This document shows, one piece after another, positions 10,445 through 19,772 of a DNA stretch of 64,000 bases. Position 1 is the stretch's first letter, and the number at the start of each line of letters is the position of its first letter. Below the pieces are notes generated by a model, which did no database searches, was not told the DNA's origin, and saw only the letters and a list, made by a program, of their open reading frames with translations. The stretch covers positions 43,455 through 107,454 of the IMG/VR virus record IMGVR_UViG_3300031760_000016. One strand, written 5' to 3'. The position numbers and the translations under genes were made by a program. This DNA is from a virus (taxonomy: Duplodnaviria > Heunggongvirae > Uroviricota > Caudoviricetes).

Positions 10445-11068
10445 ATGACGGCAAATGAAAAAAGGCAGGCAGTGATTGAAAAATTTCAAACCATTATAGG
10501 AATAAATAAATATAGCCACCCGCTTAGGGACTATTGTTTCAATCCCTACACGGATGGCAAAACTTATTCTGACAGTTCGTCCAGCATAGCTTATTCATAT
10601 GCTGCAGCAGGACTTGGCTTCGGGGATATGGACGAGGTTGGCATGTATCAAACGGACAAGTTCGTTGACGTGGATGTGATTATCAGAAGCGGTGTGATCC
10701 GGAATCCAGAAGTGCTGAGAGTGGGGGATATCCTATTCTTCGCTGGGACGGACGATTCCAGACGTTATGTAAACTTTTGCAACAACGTTGAAATGATCTA
10801 TCACATTGATGACGAAATACTGATTTGCGGACACAGCTCCGGCCTACCGTCGCTCAAGGAACTGAACAAGTACTGCAAGTCCAGATACCACCGCAGAACG
10901 GCGACGGCGCTCGGAAATTGCGGACTGATCAAGGTGCGAAGGTTTATCCAGGACGATGCCATTGACCTGTCCAATGTCTCTACGGAAGACCTAAGGAACG
11001 AGCTAATGAGGCGTGGAGAACTGAACATAAGCGAAGAACGGGGTGGTGACAACGGCGAGAATAATTGA
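10445..11068 (+). CDS. NlpC/P60-like protein; predicted nucleophile position occupied by a Ser run
   Basis: 207 aa. YSDSSSSIAYSY aligns to the DCSGfvqyvy nucleophile block of NlpC/P60 but with Ser instead of Cys. GDILFFAG ... VEMIYHID matches the GDLVFF ... HVGIY His block. Confidence 0.35.
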   Translation: MTANEKRQAVIEKFQTIIGINKYSHPLRDYCFNPYTDGKTYSDSSSSIAYSYAAAGLGFGDMDEVGMYQTDKFVDVDVIIRSGVIRNPEVLRVGDILFFAGTDDSRRYVNFCNNVEMIYHIDDEILICGHSSGLPSLKELNKYCKSRYHRRTATALGNCGLIKVRRFIQDDAIDLSNVSTEDLRNELMRRGELNISEERGGDNGENN

Positions 11069-11894
11069 TGTGTCGAGGCATGACAAGACCATTGACTGGG
11101 ATAAAGCCAGGAAGGAACTGGACTTTGTCATCATCAGATCCAGCGTCGGGTTGAAGACCGACCCGCAGTTCGTACGAAACGCGCTTCTCTGTGGGATCCC
11201 GTTCGGCGTATATCATTACGTTGAAGCTGGGACGGCGGAAGCCGCTGAGAAGGAAGCAGAATACTTCTATCACGCGGCGCGAGGGTTTTCCGACGAAAAA
11301 ACCGTGTACGCCAAGAATAAAAAGCCGGCGATGGTTGCCAAAGAGGGAGATATTTCTCCGCTGTTCTGGGCGGTTGACATCGAAGCTGACGCGCAAACCC
11401 GCGAAACCACAGAGACTGTGACGCGTGCCTTCCTGGAAAAACTTCGCTCGTTTGGAGTGAGGAAGATTGGTCTGTATGCCAACACGCGCAGGAAGTACAT
11501 GAGCGACGAACTCGTGGCTTCGTTCGATTGGACGTGGGTGCCGCGATACGGCCCGGATGATGGTGAAGCCCACCCGGATGAATTTCCGCCTAAATACCCT
11601 TGTGATATCTGGCAGTATACTACGGTCGGTGCAATCGACGGTATTGACCATGATGTTGATCTGAATATGCTTTACGGCGAAAAACCTCTGGAGTATTTCA
11701 CTATGCGATCAGCTGTGAAAATTACCGGTGGATCTGTTAACGTAAGAGAATTCGCTGGGACGAGCAGCAAGATTGTTGGGGTTGCACATGCCGGCGATAT
11801 TTTGGAGCGAGTGGGCTTGGATGGATGGGTGCCGGTGGTGTGGAACGGCAGGATGTGCTGGGTTTCCTGGAAACATGCTGAGAGCGTGGACTAA
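11043..11894 (+). CDS. Endolysin: GH25 muramidase + SH3 domain
   Basis: 283 aa. IIDVSRHDKTIDWDKARKELDFVIIRSS, GVYHYVEA and DIWQYTTVGAIDGIDHDVDLNMLYG are GH25 family blocks. C-terminal SH3_3-like beta region. Confidence 0.8.
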   Translation: MVTTARIIDVSRHDKTIDWDKARKELDFVIIRSSVGLKTDPQFVRNALLCGIPFGVYHYVEAGTAEAAEKEAEYFYHAARGFSDEKTVYAKNKKPAMVAKEGDISPLFWAVDIEADAQTRETTETVTRAFLEKLRSFGVRKIGLYANTRRKYMSDELVASFDWTWVPRYGPDDGEAHPDEFPPKYPCDIWQYTTVGAIDGIDHDVDLNMLYGEKPLEYFTMRSAVKITGGSVNVREFAGTSSKIVGVAHAGDILERVGLDGWVPVVWNGRMCWVSWKHAESVD

Positions 11895-11928
11895 ACGAGA
11901 ACAGAGACAACCATCTATGCAAAAACCG

Positions 11929-11958
11929 TTGACGATCTGAGTGTTTTTTGAGTATAAT
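11929..11958 (+). promoter_or_regulatory. Sigma70-like promoter (TTGACG - 18 nt - TATAAT) upstream of the ToxI leader region
   Basis: ttgacg at 11929-34 and tataat at 11953-58; read directly from the sequence. Confidence 0.4.
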
Positions 11959-12128
11959 AACCTTAGCTTATGATACCAGAGCTCGTTCAGGGAGTGAAAG
12001 TGGAGGCTCTGAATGGGGTTAGCGCTTAGCCGTTGCCTGAATAGGGTCGCCGAAAAAGAAAAGCGTATATATGCACTGAGCAAGCGAAATTCATGAAAAT
12101 GGCATTCTACTTAACATTAAATTCGCCA

Positions 12129-12157
12129 TTGACATTTCGCATGCATTGGAGTATAAT
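12129..12157 (+). promoter_or_regulatory. Near-consensus sigma70 promoter (TTGACA - 17 nt - TATAAT) driving the ToxI-ToxN locus
   Basis: ttgaca at 12129-34 and tataat at 12152-57 with a 17-nt spacer, 25 nt upstream of the first repeat. Confidence 0.65.
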
Positions 12158-12182
12158 AGTCTTGTCGGAAGAGATTCCGATA

Positions 12183-12294
12183 GCGGTGCGCCACTACCAT
12201 ATAAGTGTGGACTCAAAAAAGCGGTGCGTCCCAACCATGATAGGGAACCGAAAAAAAGCGGTGCTCCCCAACCAATAATCGGGGATTAAAAACA
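12183..12294 (+). ncRNA. ToxI-like type III antitoxin RNA: about 2.8 tandem 37-38-nt repeats
   Basis: Units start GCGGTGC at 12183, 12221 and 12258. Each unit ends in an A-run and the middles have diverged. Spurious ORF 12093..12278 overlaps this region. Confidence 0.6.
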
Positions 12295-12319
12295 GGAGGC
12301 GTTATCGCCTCCATTTTTT
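12295..12319 (+). terminator. Rho-independent terminator between ToxI repeats and toxN
   Basis: ggaggcg-ttat-cgcctcc hairpin followed by tttttt. This is the layout seen in ToxIN-type loci. Confidence 0.6.
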
Positions 12320-12334
12320 ACAGGAGAGTATTGC

Positions 12335-12859
12335 ATGGATTTCTTCTACGTAAGCGATGAGTATATAACATTTTTGAAGCAATTTGATTCGACTGTGCCG
12401 AACAATTATGGTGGATCAAGACCATATATTGGCATTGTCATTGAAATTGATGAAATAAAATATTATGCTCCTCTCACATCTCCGAAACCAAAGCACTGCA
12501 AAATGAAAAATGATAAAGACTTTAGACGAATCGACGGTGGAAAGCTTGGTGCCATCAATTTCAACAATATGATACCAGTTCCGGACACGGCTATAATACC
12601 GATTATAATTAACGACGTGTCCGACGAGCAATATAAAAGATTGCTACAAAACCAATATGCATTTATCCAGAAGGATAAGGATGCAATTAAGCGAACTGCT
12701 ACAAATCTAAGAAGTCTCATTTTATCCTCTCCTGACGAACTGACGTCGCATGAAGAAGAAATAAAAAAGCGATCATGTAATCTGCCTGAGTTAGAAAGAG
12801 CTATGGAGGAATACATTTCTTCGAGTAAAAAGAATAGGGAGCCGCCTACAATTATGTAG
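12335..12859 (+). CDS. toxN: ToxN/AbiQ-family type III toxin (endoribonuclease)
   Basis: 174 aa. N-terminus MDFFYVSDEYITFLKQFDSTVPNN...RPYIGIVIEIDEIKYYAPLTSPKPKH parallels ToxN (MKFYTISSKYIEYLKEFD...FIGIV...YLAPLTSPK). RBS aggagag sits 6 nt before the ATG. Confidence 0.8.
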   Translation: MDFFYVSDEYITFLKQFDSTVPNNYGGSRPYIGIVIEIDEIKYYAPLTSPKPKHCKMKNDKDFRRIDGGKLGAINFNNMIPVPDTAIIPIIINDVSDEQYKRLLQNQYAFIQKDKDAIKRTATNLRSLILSSPDELTSHEEEIKKRSCNLPELERAMEEYISSSKKNREPPTIM

Positions 12860-13106
12860 ATGACTCCCTAATTTTTTAGCGAAGTGCCACAATTGAACAC
12901 GCCGCAACGAGCCGTGTATTCAATTCTGGTACCTCTGCTGGATAATAATTATGCATGCTGTGAAAAACGAATTTTGCTACCTTGTTTTTCGTTATCAACA
13001 CAAGATGTGGTGGGTTAGGACTCCTGATTGGTGCTATATATTGCGATATGAAGGTCTGCAAAACCTTCATTCTCCGGTCCGAATCCGGATGGCACCTCCA
13101 AACTTT

Positions 13107-13139
13107 GGGAGTTCTGTTGAAGCGGGGCTCCCTTTTTTT
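13107..13139 (+). terminator. Possible terminator at the convergent junction of plus- and minus-strand blocks
   Basis: gggag...ctccc stem followed by ttttttt (13133-13139). Confidence 0.35.
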
Positions 13140-13145
13140 GTGCAA

Positions 13146-14075
13146 TCAGCCGATGACGCTTCGCATCGCATCGAGCTCATTTCCGTATAAATGGATGTAT
13201 GTGTTGTATGTTATTGCAACATCTGCGTGTCCCAGCAGTTTTGACAAAATCTTAACATCACATCCGCGCTCGTAGCAGTTGGTGGCGAAGGTATGTCTGA
13301 ATGCGTGGAGACCTTTGTAATTTATAACCAAATGTTTACAAAGTGCCTTGACGTGGAACTCCACTGAGGAATAGCTGTATGGCATGGACGGGTCATCCTT
13401 TTTGGCAAAGATGTAACCAATCGTTCCTTTGATCTCCGCCAACTTCTTCAACACTGTCAGGGCGTTTTCGCTCAACGGGATCATCCGCTTGCTGGTTTTG
13501 CTCTTGGGTGTTTCCTGGACGTACGTCACAGTTTTGGTTGACATGCGGATGAGGGTGCGTCTGATCCGGACGGCTTTCCGGTTCCAGAGGACGTCCTCCC
13601 ACTTGAGCGCCAATGCTTCGCCGATCCTAAGGCCGGCTTCGAGCATGAGCACGACAACGCCATACTGCTCCTTTTCCAATGTCATGCATTTCTGCAGCAG
13701 CATCTTCTGTTCGAACTCCGTGTACGTTTCGATTTCCTTCTTTGGCTTCGCAATCGATTCTTCGATAGGCAGCTTTACGCCGAGGTATACCGGCGTGGGA
13801 ACCTGCCCCTGGCTCAGGGCGTGCTTCCAGTATGCGGTCAGAAGGTTGAACTGCTTTTTGACCGTGGACATCGAATACGAATCTTCCACGAGGCGAACAA
13901 GGTAGACCTGCATTTCATAGCAGCCGATGTCACAGACGTTCATTTCGGCGATGGCGTACTTGCACATCAGGTTGTAGGCGATCATCAGCCTGTCGAAGCT
14001 GAGAACCTTGACCGATTTTTTCTTGTACACATCGAGCCATTCTCTGACAGCGGTCTTTAATTGTCTTTCTTCCAT
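13146..14075 (-). CDS. int: Tyrosine site-specific integrase
   Basis: 309 aa. C-terminal HAFRHTFATNCYERGCDVKILSKLLGHADVAITYNTYIHL carries the R..H..R..Y catalytic signature. Confidence 0.85.
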   Translation of the reverse strand: MEERQLKTAVREWLDVYKKKSVKVLSFDRLMIAYNLMCKYAIAEMNVCDIGCYEMQVYLVRLVEDSYSMSTVKKQFNLLTAYWKHALSQGQVPTPVYLGVKLPIEESIAKPKKEIETYTEFEQKMLLQKCMTLEKEQYGVVVLMLEAGLRIGEALALKWEDVLWNRKAVRIRRTLIRMSTKTVTYVQETPKSKTSKRMIPLSENALTVLKKLAEIKGTIGYIFAKKDDPSMPYSYSSVEFHVKALCKHLVINYKGLHAFRHTFATNCYERGCDVKILSKLLGHADVAITYNTYIHLYGNELDAMRSVIG

Positions 14076-14193
14076 TAATGCCTCCTTCCGATAAAGAAAG
14101 ACAAGGTAGCACCTTAATTATAGCACTACCTTGCCTAATGGTCAAATCTAATCAAAGAATTATACCTGGGAATTCTTGAGGTGCTGCAGACTT

Positions 14194-14826
14194 TTATACC
14201 CACGACAAAATGGCCTCATTGTCTCTCGCTACATTCGGATTCTCCAAATTTTCTCTGGCCATTCTTGCGTAATCCTCAATGAGGCTGCTAGTTCTCGCTG
14301 TGCTGTCCGATGTTAAGTTTAGGGCGCTGGCAATATTCGAAATACTAGACCTTGTATCATACGTGACACCCGGCTCAATGGATGCATCGGTGAGCCAATT
14401 TGGTGAAATATAAGCTTCTGTGATGTTGGTATACCAACTTGGTGTGAATAATCTTGCCTCGCCACGTTCCAATGCAATTGCGTTTGCATCAATCCCGCTT
14501 CCTCTGAGGCACTTATCAACGATAGCAAGATCGCATGTATTGTGGACCCTCACGTTGCGAGTGTCGACCATGTCGGTGTTGATAAGATATACACAGCTGC
14601 CGTTGTACAGCCTGTATAGTGTGTGACCAAGGCGTACGGTTCGACATGCTACAGGCTTACCCGGGCCGTACATCGTTCTCATGTGCTTTAATACAGTGAC
14701 TGTCAATCTACTGAATTTCGCATTCCCGGAAACGTATATGGCAATTATGTAACCTGGCGAGTATTCGCATTTTTTTACCGCCCGTTTCAGCACATTGTTA
14801 CTTAGATAGAGCAAACCCATCACCAT
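14194..14826 (-). CDS. Hypothetical protein
   Basis: 210-aa ORF, no recognisable motifs. Confidence 0.4.
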   Translation of the reverse strand: MVMGLLYLSNNVLKRAVKKCEYSPGYIIAIYVSGNAKFSRLTVTVLKHMRTMYGPGKPVACRTVRLGHTLYRLYNGSCVYLINTDMVDTRNVRVHNTCDLAIVDKCLRGSGIDANAIALERGEARLFTPSWYTNITEAYISPNWLTDASIEPGVTYDTRSSISNIASALNLTSDSTARTSSLIEDYARMARENLENPNVARDNEAILSWV

Positions 14827-15232
14827 CTTTCTTTAGCTGACCGGTTCCGCGCAGCCATTCTGCGATGCGAATGTATTCCCTGTCCACAAGCTGTTCGTCG
14901 TTGACGGCGTCCTCGACGACAGCCCTGTCTTTAATCTTCGGATACCTTTGGGTGAGCGACTCAATGAACTTGTTCAAATCTCTATACGCATCTTGCCCAG
15001 CAAATGTTATGCTGCTGCTCTCGAGTGTTATATTTTTGCGCTCATGACAGTGGATACAGACATACGGTTCAACCATGCTGTACCTGAGGACGTACTTGTA
15101 CTGTGAGATCTTTTCGATGTTTGTCGGCAGATACCAATCAAAATCCTTCCACTTATGCTCGCAAGCCTTCACGATTGAAATAGGTCTGGGAGGTTCCTGC
15201 ACCGGCTTGTTGCCCCAAGGAAGCCATGTCAT
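14798..15232 (-). CDS. Hypothetical protein
   Basis: 144-aa ORF with CxxC...CxxC-like spacing (CEHKW...CIHCHERK). Confidence 0.4.
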   Translation of the reverse strand: MTWLPWGNKPVQEPPRPISIVKACEHKWKDFDWYLPTNIEKISQYKYVLRYSMVEPYVCIHCHERKNITLESSSITFAGQDAYRDLNKFIESLTQRYPKIKDRAVVEDAVNDEQLVDREYIRIAEWLRGTGQLKKDGDGFALSK

Positions 15233-15705
15233 CAGCTCACCTCCAGCTCTTCGTCTGTGGGTCTGATGAAATCCTTGCAGTCGCGCATCAGATGGCTGAA
15301 CCAGCGCGGTTCATTTGCGACAAGCTGCTCAACATCATACAGCATGACGTCGTCATACAGGTGGGTGACATCGCCGCGTACGTCGAACAGGTGCATGTCA
15401 AGAAGCTGGAAAGTGGGATCGGTCGTGATCGGCAGCCAGATCTGAAACAGAAAATGGCCGTCGACCGGCTCGTAAACGATGCTGCATTCATATCCGTCAC
15501 CAAACTCCGTTTCCAGAATGTGGGCGAACCAGTAGCAGCAGCCGTGGAGAAACGTATCCTCTGAGCCGGCAAAATGGCTGATGAATTGTTCTATATCATT
15601 GACGGTAATCATATGATCCTCCAACGAAAAACCTTGCGGCACATGGCCGCAAGGCAATTGATTATTTGACTTTAGTGTCCGTGTAACCGAAGCTGTACAC
15701 TGCAA
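15232..15705 (-). CDS. Hypothetical protein
   Basis: 157-aa ORF, start overlaps upstream stop. Confidence 0.4.
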   Translation of the reverse strand: MQCTASVTRTLKSNNQLPCGHVPQGFSLEDHMITVNDIEQFISHFAGSEDTFLHGCCYWFAHILETEFGDGYECSIVYEPVDGHFLFQIWLPITTDPTFQLLDMHLFDVRGDVTHLYDDVMLYDVEQLVANEPRWFSHLMRDCKDFIRPTDEELEVS

Positions 15706-15985
15706 TTTTGTCCGGGATCTCAGTTACGGCGAGTTCTGTGGTGAAAACCGTGCATACCAGCTTCTCCAATATGGATTCTGCAGCCTCCCGGCTTTCCGCC
15801 CTGGCGATTCCGTTTTCCTCTCGGAGTACGGTGTTGTCAGCGCTTATTTCAAGGCGGTGCGTAACTTTCCAGTGGTAGAGCATTTCGGGCACGGGTATCA
15901 CCTCAGATGTTTCTGGATACCATTGTAGCACAGAACCCACCTGGACGCGCGTAATAAAGCTATTAAGATTTACAGCCTGGGCTGA

Positions 15986-16573
15986 TTACGCTTCGCCCTG
16001 CACAGAAGTTCCGGTGATAAGTTCGGAATGGGGGAGCGTTTGAATCCATTCACATAGCTCACGCCATTCAGGGAGACGGTGATTCCTGCGCTGGCGGTAG
16101 ATGGTTTTGAGCTGTCGGTAGTTCGTGGTGATCCGCATGGTGTAGATGAACCCGGCCGGGTTCGAATACAAAACCCTGAGATAGCCCTCTTCTGTCGGGT
16201 TATCGTTGTATTCCTTGACCAGCTTCTTCATCCGGTTGATCATGACCGGGTCGACATATTGGCAATACGCCTTGTCAAGGTCAAATTTCGTGATGCGGTG
16301 CATTGTTGAGTTGCAGCTTATGATATCAAAGAAATGATATCTCTCGGCCTCCACCAGCGCCTTCGCTGTGAAGGACACGTCAAACGCCACCCGCACGCCG
16401 AGCAGCCAGTTGTCATGGCCTTCGCCAATTGCCGATCTGGCAAGTTTGGCGGCTGTGTCTGTCAACGTCCCGTCGGGGACGTCAGGGTTTATGCTCATCG
16501 GGAACTTGCTGGCGCGGATGGAATCCTCCAGGTCGTACACGCTTACGTTTCTAATATTTATAATAATGATCAC
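15986..16573 (-). CDS. Hypothetical protein
   Basis: 195 aa, no confident motif. Confidence 0.4.
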   Translation of the reverse strand: MIIIINIRNVSVYDLEDSIRASKFPMSINPDVPDGTLTDTAAKLARSAIGEGHDNWLLGVRVAFDVSFTAKALVEAERYHFFDIISCNSTMHRITKFDLDKAYCQYVDPVMINRMKKLVKEYNDNPTEEGYLRVLYSNPAGFIYTMRITTNYRQLKTIYRQRRNHRLPEWRELCEWIQTLPHSELITGTSVQGEA

Positions 16574-16583
16574 CGCCTATGTA

Positions 16584-17027
16584 TTATTGGACGCCGGTGC
16601 TGCCGAAGCCGCCGCGATCTTCATCGCCGGTGTGTTCAACTTCAGTCACCTTGACGTTTTTCATCTTCTTCATGATCCTGAACTGGCAGATGCGGTCGCC
16701 CCTGTTGATGACGGTGTCGCGCATTGCCAGGGCCGGGAACTTCCATATGTCGTTATCGCCGCTGTAGCTGTTGTCGATAACGCCGATAGAGTTGGTCTGA
16801 ATGATGCCCCAGGTCTTGAATGTTGAACTTCTGGGCGCGATGTGGGCTTCGTAGCCATCAGGGAGCTTTACCGAAATTCCCAGGGAAATCAGCCTGAAAT
16901 CAAATGCCTTCATTTCTACGGTTTCAGCGGCCCGAAGATCGATCCAGTCGGATTTTCCGTCTATAAAATCCAACTTTTGTATATCGGTGTGATATTTGAC
17001 TTTGATCTCTTTCATGCCGTCTTCCAC
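16584..17027 (-). CDS. dut: dUTP diphosphatase (dUTPase)
   Basis: 147 aa with all dUTPase motifs: [21 protein letters not shown] and the C-terminal RGGFGSTG. Confidence 0.85.
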   Translation of the reverse strand: MEDGMKEIKVKYHTDIQKLDFIDGKSDWIDLRAAETVEMKAFDFRLISLGISVKLPDGYEAHIAPRSSTFKTWGIIQTNSIGVIDNSYSGDNDIWKFPALAMRDTVINRGDRICQFRIMKKMKNVKVTEVEHTGDEDRGGFGSTGVQ

Positions 17028-17404
17028 TCCTTGTGTCGGTCGTCCCAGCTGTATTCAGCGTCGTCCTCCATCTTGATGAGGTACATGGTGCCAAAGCGCC
17101 GGATGTTCTTGGGGTCGTTGTAGAAGCTCATGGCGTCAGGCTCGTTCCTGAACGTCTTGATGGTGTCCCTGACCGGACCGGAGTCGCGATCAAAACCCGT
17201 TTCCTGGTAAATTTGATATTTACGCTTCATATGCTTCTCCTGTGCGTATTGCTTTTCTGTAATAATGTGGTATAATGAGGACGAGGCGCACCTTTTGCCA
17301 GCACATCCGAAACAGCCCTTAACTCTCAACCCTGGGCTGACTCGTTTCGAGAAGGGTGGCGATAATATGGCGAAGGTCAAAAGAGTTACCGTGCGGAAAC
17401 GCAC
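17012..17404 (-). CDS. Hypothetical protein
   Basis: 130 aa. Confidence 0.35.
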   Translation of the reverse strand: MRFRTVTLLTFAILSPPFSKRVSPGLRVKGCFGCAGKRCASSSLYHIITEKQYAQEKHMKRKYQIYQETGFDRDSGPVRDTIKTFRNEPDAMSFYNDPKNIRRFGTMYLIKMEDDAEYSWDDRHKEWKTA

Positions 17405-17660
17405 TGGTAGGGTGATTGTCTCCGTAAAGATCGTTCATAAGTAACATCTGGAGACAGGTGCGCCTCGTTTATAATATTGCGGACAGGGATTTTCACCCTG
17501 CATGTATTCAGAGAACCAGTGGCTTCACGGGATCGAACCGTGCCTGAATTCCTCGACTGCCCTGTCTAGCGTCTACTGACACATTATGCTCCGTGGAACG
17601 TCGCTCCTGTGCCCGCTGCCGGCTGCCCCGGCTCGCGTTTATTCCGCCACCGCAGTATTA

Positions 17661-17999
17661 TCAATCATGGATCACAAGGTTTTCCCACTTTTTATAGGCG
17701 TCCAGATAGGTCTCGCCCTTGTCGCCATTGTGGGTGATTTCGTAATACATCCCGTCAGGGATCGTTGTGCTTACCAGAGCCTTCCAGTTCTGGAGCGTCT
17801 TCGAGAACCACACGATATACACATCGTCCACGGTGATATGGACGTCATCCGTCTTATCAGCCCTGGCGTTGTAATAGCCTGTCACGATCTGCTTTGCACG
17901 CTCCATCATTGTTACATTGTTCAATGGGCTTCCCTCCATGATTAAAAAATGTCTGTGATCGTATCCACAATCTTGTCGCACACACCGTATTTCAGGCAC
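17661..17999 (-). CDS. Hypothetical protein
   Basis: 112 aa. Confidence 0.35.
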   Translation of the reverse strand: MPEIRCVRQDCGYDHRHFLIMEGSPLNNVTMMERAKQIVTGYYNARADKTDDVHITVDDVYIVWFSKTLQNWKALVSTTIPDGMYYEITHNGDKGETYLDAYKKWENLVIHD

Positions 18000-18586
18000 A
18001 TTTCGCTGTCCAGTTCCCAGTCGTTATTGCGCTTTTTGTTCAGCGTAGCGGATGGGATCTTGGTGTGCGAAATGATGTAGTTGCGCATTTTCTTGATCAT
18101 GACCTTGTAGCTTTCAGCCTGGTCGATGACCTTCACGGCGTCGCCGCCAATCTGGTTAGAACCCTCGTGAATTGTGACAGTCGCAGAGGGCATCATGAGG
18201 CGCTTGTGGCCGGCCATGAAGATGAGCGCGGCTGCGGACCCGCACTGTCCCATGTTGATGGTAATCACGGGCGTCAGGGATTTCTGTATGATATCCGTGA
18301 ACATCCACATGATGTCAGCAGATCCGCCGTAGTTGAAGAGGTAGATACGAATCGGCTTGCGTTCCTCGGGGGCGATGCTGGCGTCCTCGATATTCCACTG
18401 TATGATATACCGGGCATATTCCAGGACGTTTTCGTCAACCGCGAAGTCAATCCAGAAGCGCCTTTCTTTCAGGTTCTGATAGTAGGTCAGCAGACCGGGG
18501 TTCGGAATGGCCAGCGTTGACGGATCGGAAATGGATTCCATGATCTCCTGCAGCATTCCCTCAATGTAATTGTCCATATGTATCAC
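17942..18586 (-). CDS. ClpP-family (S14) serine protease-like protein
   Basis: 214 aa. RIYLFNYGGSADIMWMFTDII...ITINMGQCGSAAALIFMAGHKRLMMPSATVTIHEGS parallels ClpP blocks. Confidence 0.65.
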   Translation of the reverse strand: MIHMDNYIEGMLQEIMESISDPSTLAIPNPGLLTYYQNLKERRFWIDFAVDENVLEYARYIIQWNIEDASIAPEERKPIRIYLFNYGGSADIMWMFTDIIQKSLTPVITINMGQCGSAAALIFMAGHKRLMMPSATVTIHEGSNQIGGDAVKVIDQAESYKVMIKKMRNYIISHTKIPSATLNKKRNNDWELDSEMCLKYGVCDKIVDTITDIF

Positions 18587-18593
18587 CTCTCAT

Positions 18594-19361
18594 TTATAGT
18601 TCGTCAGCCTTTTCTGATATTCGGCTTCTGTAGCTCTGTGTCAAGCTGCAAACCCTGCACCACGGCTCGTTACGGAACAGTTCGATTGCCGGCACAAACC
18701 CGGAATCCTGCGGATATTTCAGGTCGCATTGCTTGTCCTGACCGATGACCACCGCGAAGCTGCCCTTGCCAACTCTGGTAAGAACTGTGCGCAGTGCCGG
18801 TCGTGTGAAGTTCTGCGCCTCATCGACGATCAGCATGACATGGCGTTCGTCGTCGCCGATGTTGATGCCGCGGATATAGGAGTCGGTTTGCGCTGAAATA
18901 CAGGCCGAACCGTCCTTTTGTGCCAGCACATAAGCGTCAGAGGTTATAACCCTGTCCGGGTCGTACCCGATTTTCAGCAGGGCTTGCCTCAGTGGGATCT
19001 GGAAAATTTGGTTTTTCTGTTCCAGATCGCCGGGCAAAAAACCCTGCTTGTGCTCGTATACGCCTGCGGCGCTCATGTACACAATGCCGTCGATAATGCC
19101 ATGCTCAAACATCAGCATGCCGGTAGAGACGGCGACCAGCGTTTTACCGCTGCCTGCCCTTGCATTCGCGAACACAATATCGATATCTCTATCCCAAATT
19201 GCGTCCCTGAAAACGGTTTGTTCGTCGCTGAGTGTCAGGCCATAGAAGATGTGGCCGTTCAGGTTTTCCGGGATATCCGGTTTCTCAACGACTTTCGGTG
19301 CTTTCTTTGCTGCCATATGCCATCCTTTCAGAGCGGGGCGTGCAGTTTCAATCACGCGCAT
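18594..19361 (-). CDS. phoH: PhoH-family ATPase
   Basis: 255 aa. Walker A GSGKTLVAV, Walker B/DEAQN box LIVDEAQNFTRP, and VIGQDKQCDL as in PhoH. Confidence 0.8.
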   Translation of the reverse strand: MRVIETARPALKGWHMAAKKAPKVVEKPDIPENLNGHIFYGLTLSDEQTVFRDAIWDRDIDIVFANARAGSGKTLVAVSTGMLMFEHGIIDGIVYMSAAGVYEHKQGFLPGDLEQKNQIFQIPLRQALLKIGYDPDRVITSDAYVLAQKDGSACISAQTDSYIRGINIGDDERHVMLIVDEAQNFTRPALRTVLTRVGKGSFAVVIGQDKQCDLKYPQDSGFVPAIELFRNEPWCRVCSLTQSYRSRISEKADEL

Positions 19362-19468
19362 CCGGCGTCGGATTGCAGCCCAGTTTTTTGTGTTGCTGTC
19401 CCACGTTGTTCCGCGTTATCCGGCTATATTTTCTTCTCGGCTGTTAATGCTTGCCTACCCGCTCGGTA

Positions 19469-19744
19469 TTATTCTCCGGTATTCTCGGTGGGTTCTTCAC
19501 CGTTATCTTCGGTGTTTCCCTCGTCCTCAGGCTCGGGAGCAAAACCCTTATCGGTAAGAATGGCAATGATTTTGTCCGCGCAGTCAAAACACAGATCGGC
19601 TGCCGAGACGGTGTGCTCTTCGGCGGCAATGCCCTTGCCGCACGGGCGCGTGACCGCGCCGTTGGTATTGGTGATGTTGAGTTTGCGCACTGCGGTCTTG
19701 TCAGTAATTTCAAGGCCGCAGGCGTCACAGATGAGTTTGATCAT
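19469..19744 (-). CDS. Small zinc-ribbon protein
   Basis: 91 aa, CDACG...CGKG...CFDCADK. Confidence 0.35.
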   Translation of the reverse strand: MIKLICDACGLEITDKTAVRKLNITNTNGAVTRPCGKGIAAEEHTVSAADLCFDCADKIIAILTDKGFAPEPEDEGNTEDNGEEPTENTGE

Positions 19745-19772
19745 GAATAATATGCTCCTCTCTCATTCTTTC

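Noticed and set aside
12093-12278. 61-aa ORF between the promoter and toxN
   Set aside because: It is the translation of the ToxI-like tandem RNA repeats. It has no RBS and overlaps the terminator.
15986-16573. Flavin-dependent thymidylate synthase (ThyX)
   Set aside because: The expected RHRxxSxxxxS ThyX motif is absent. The resemblance is superficial.
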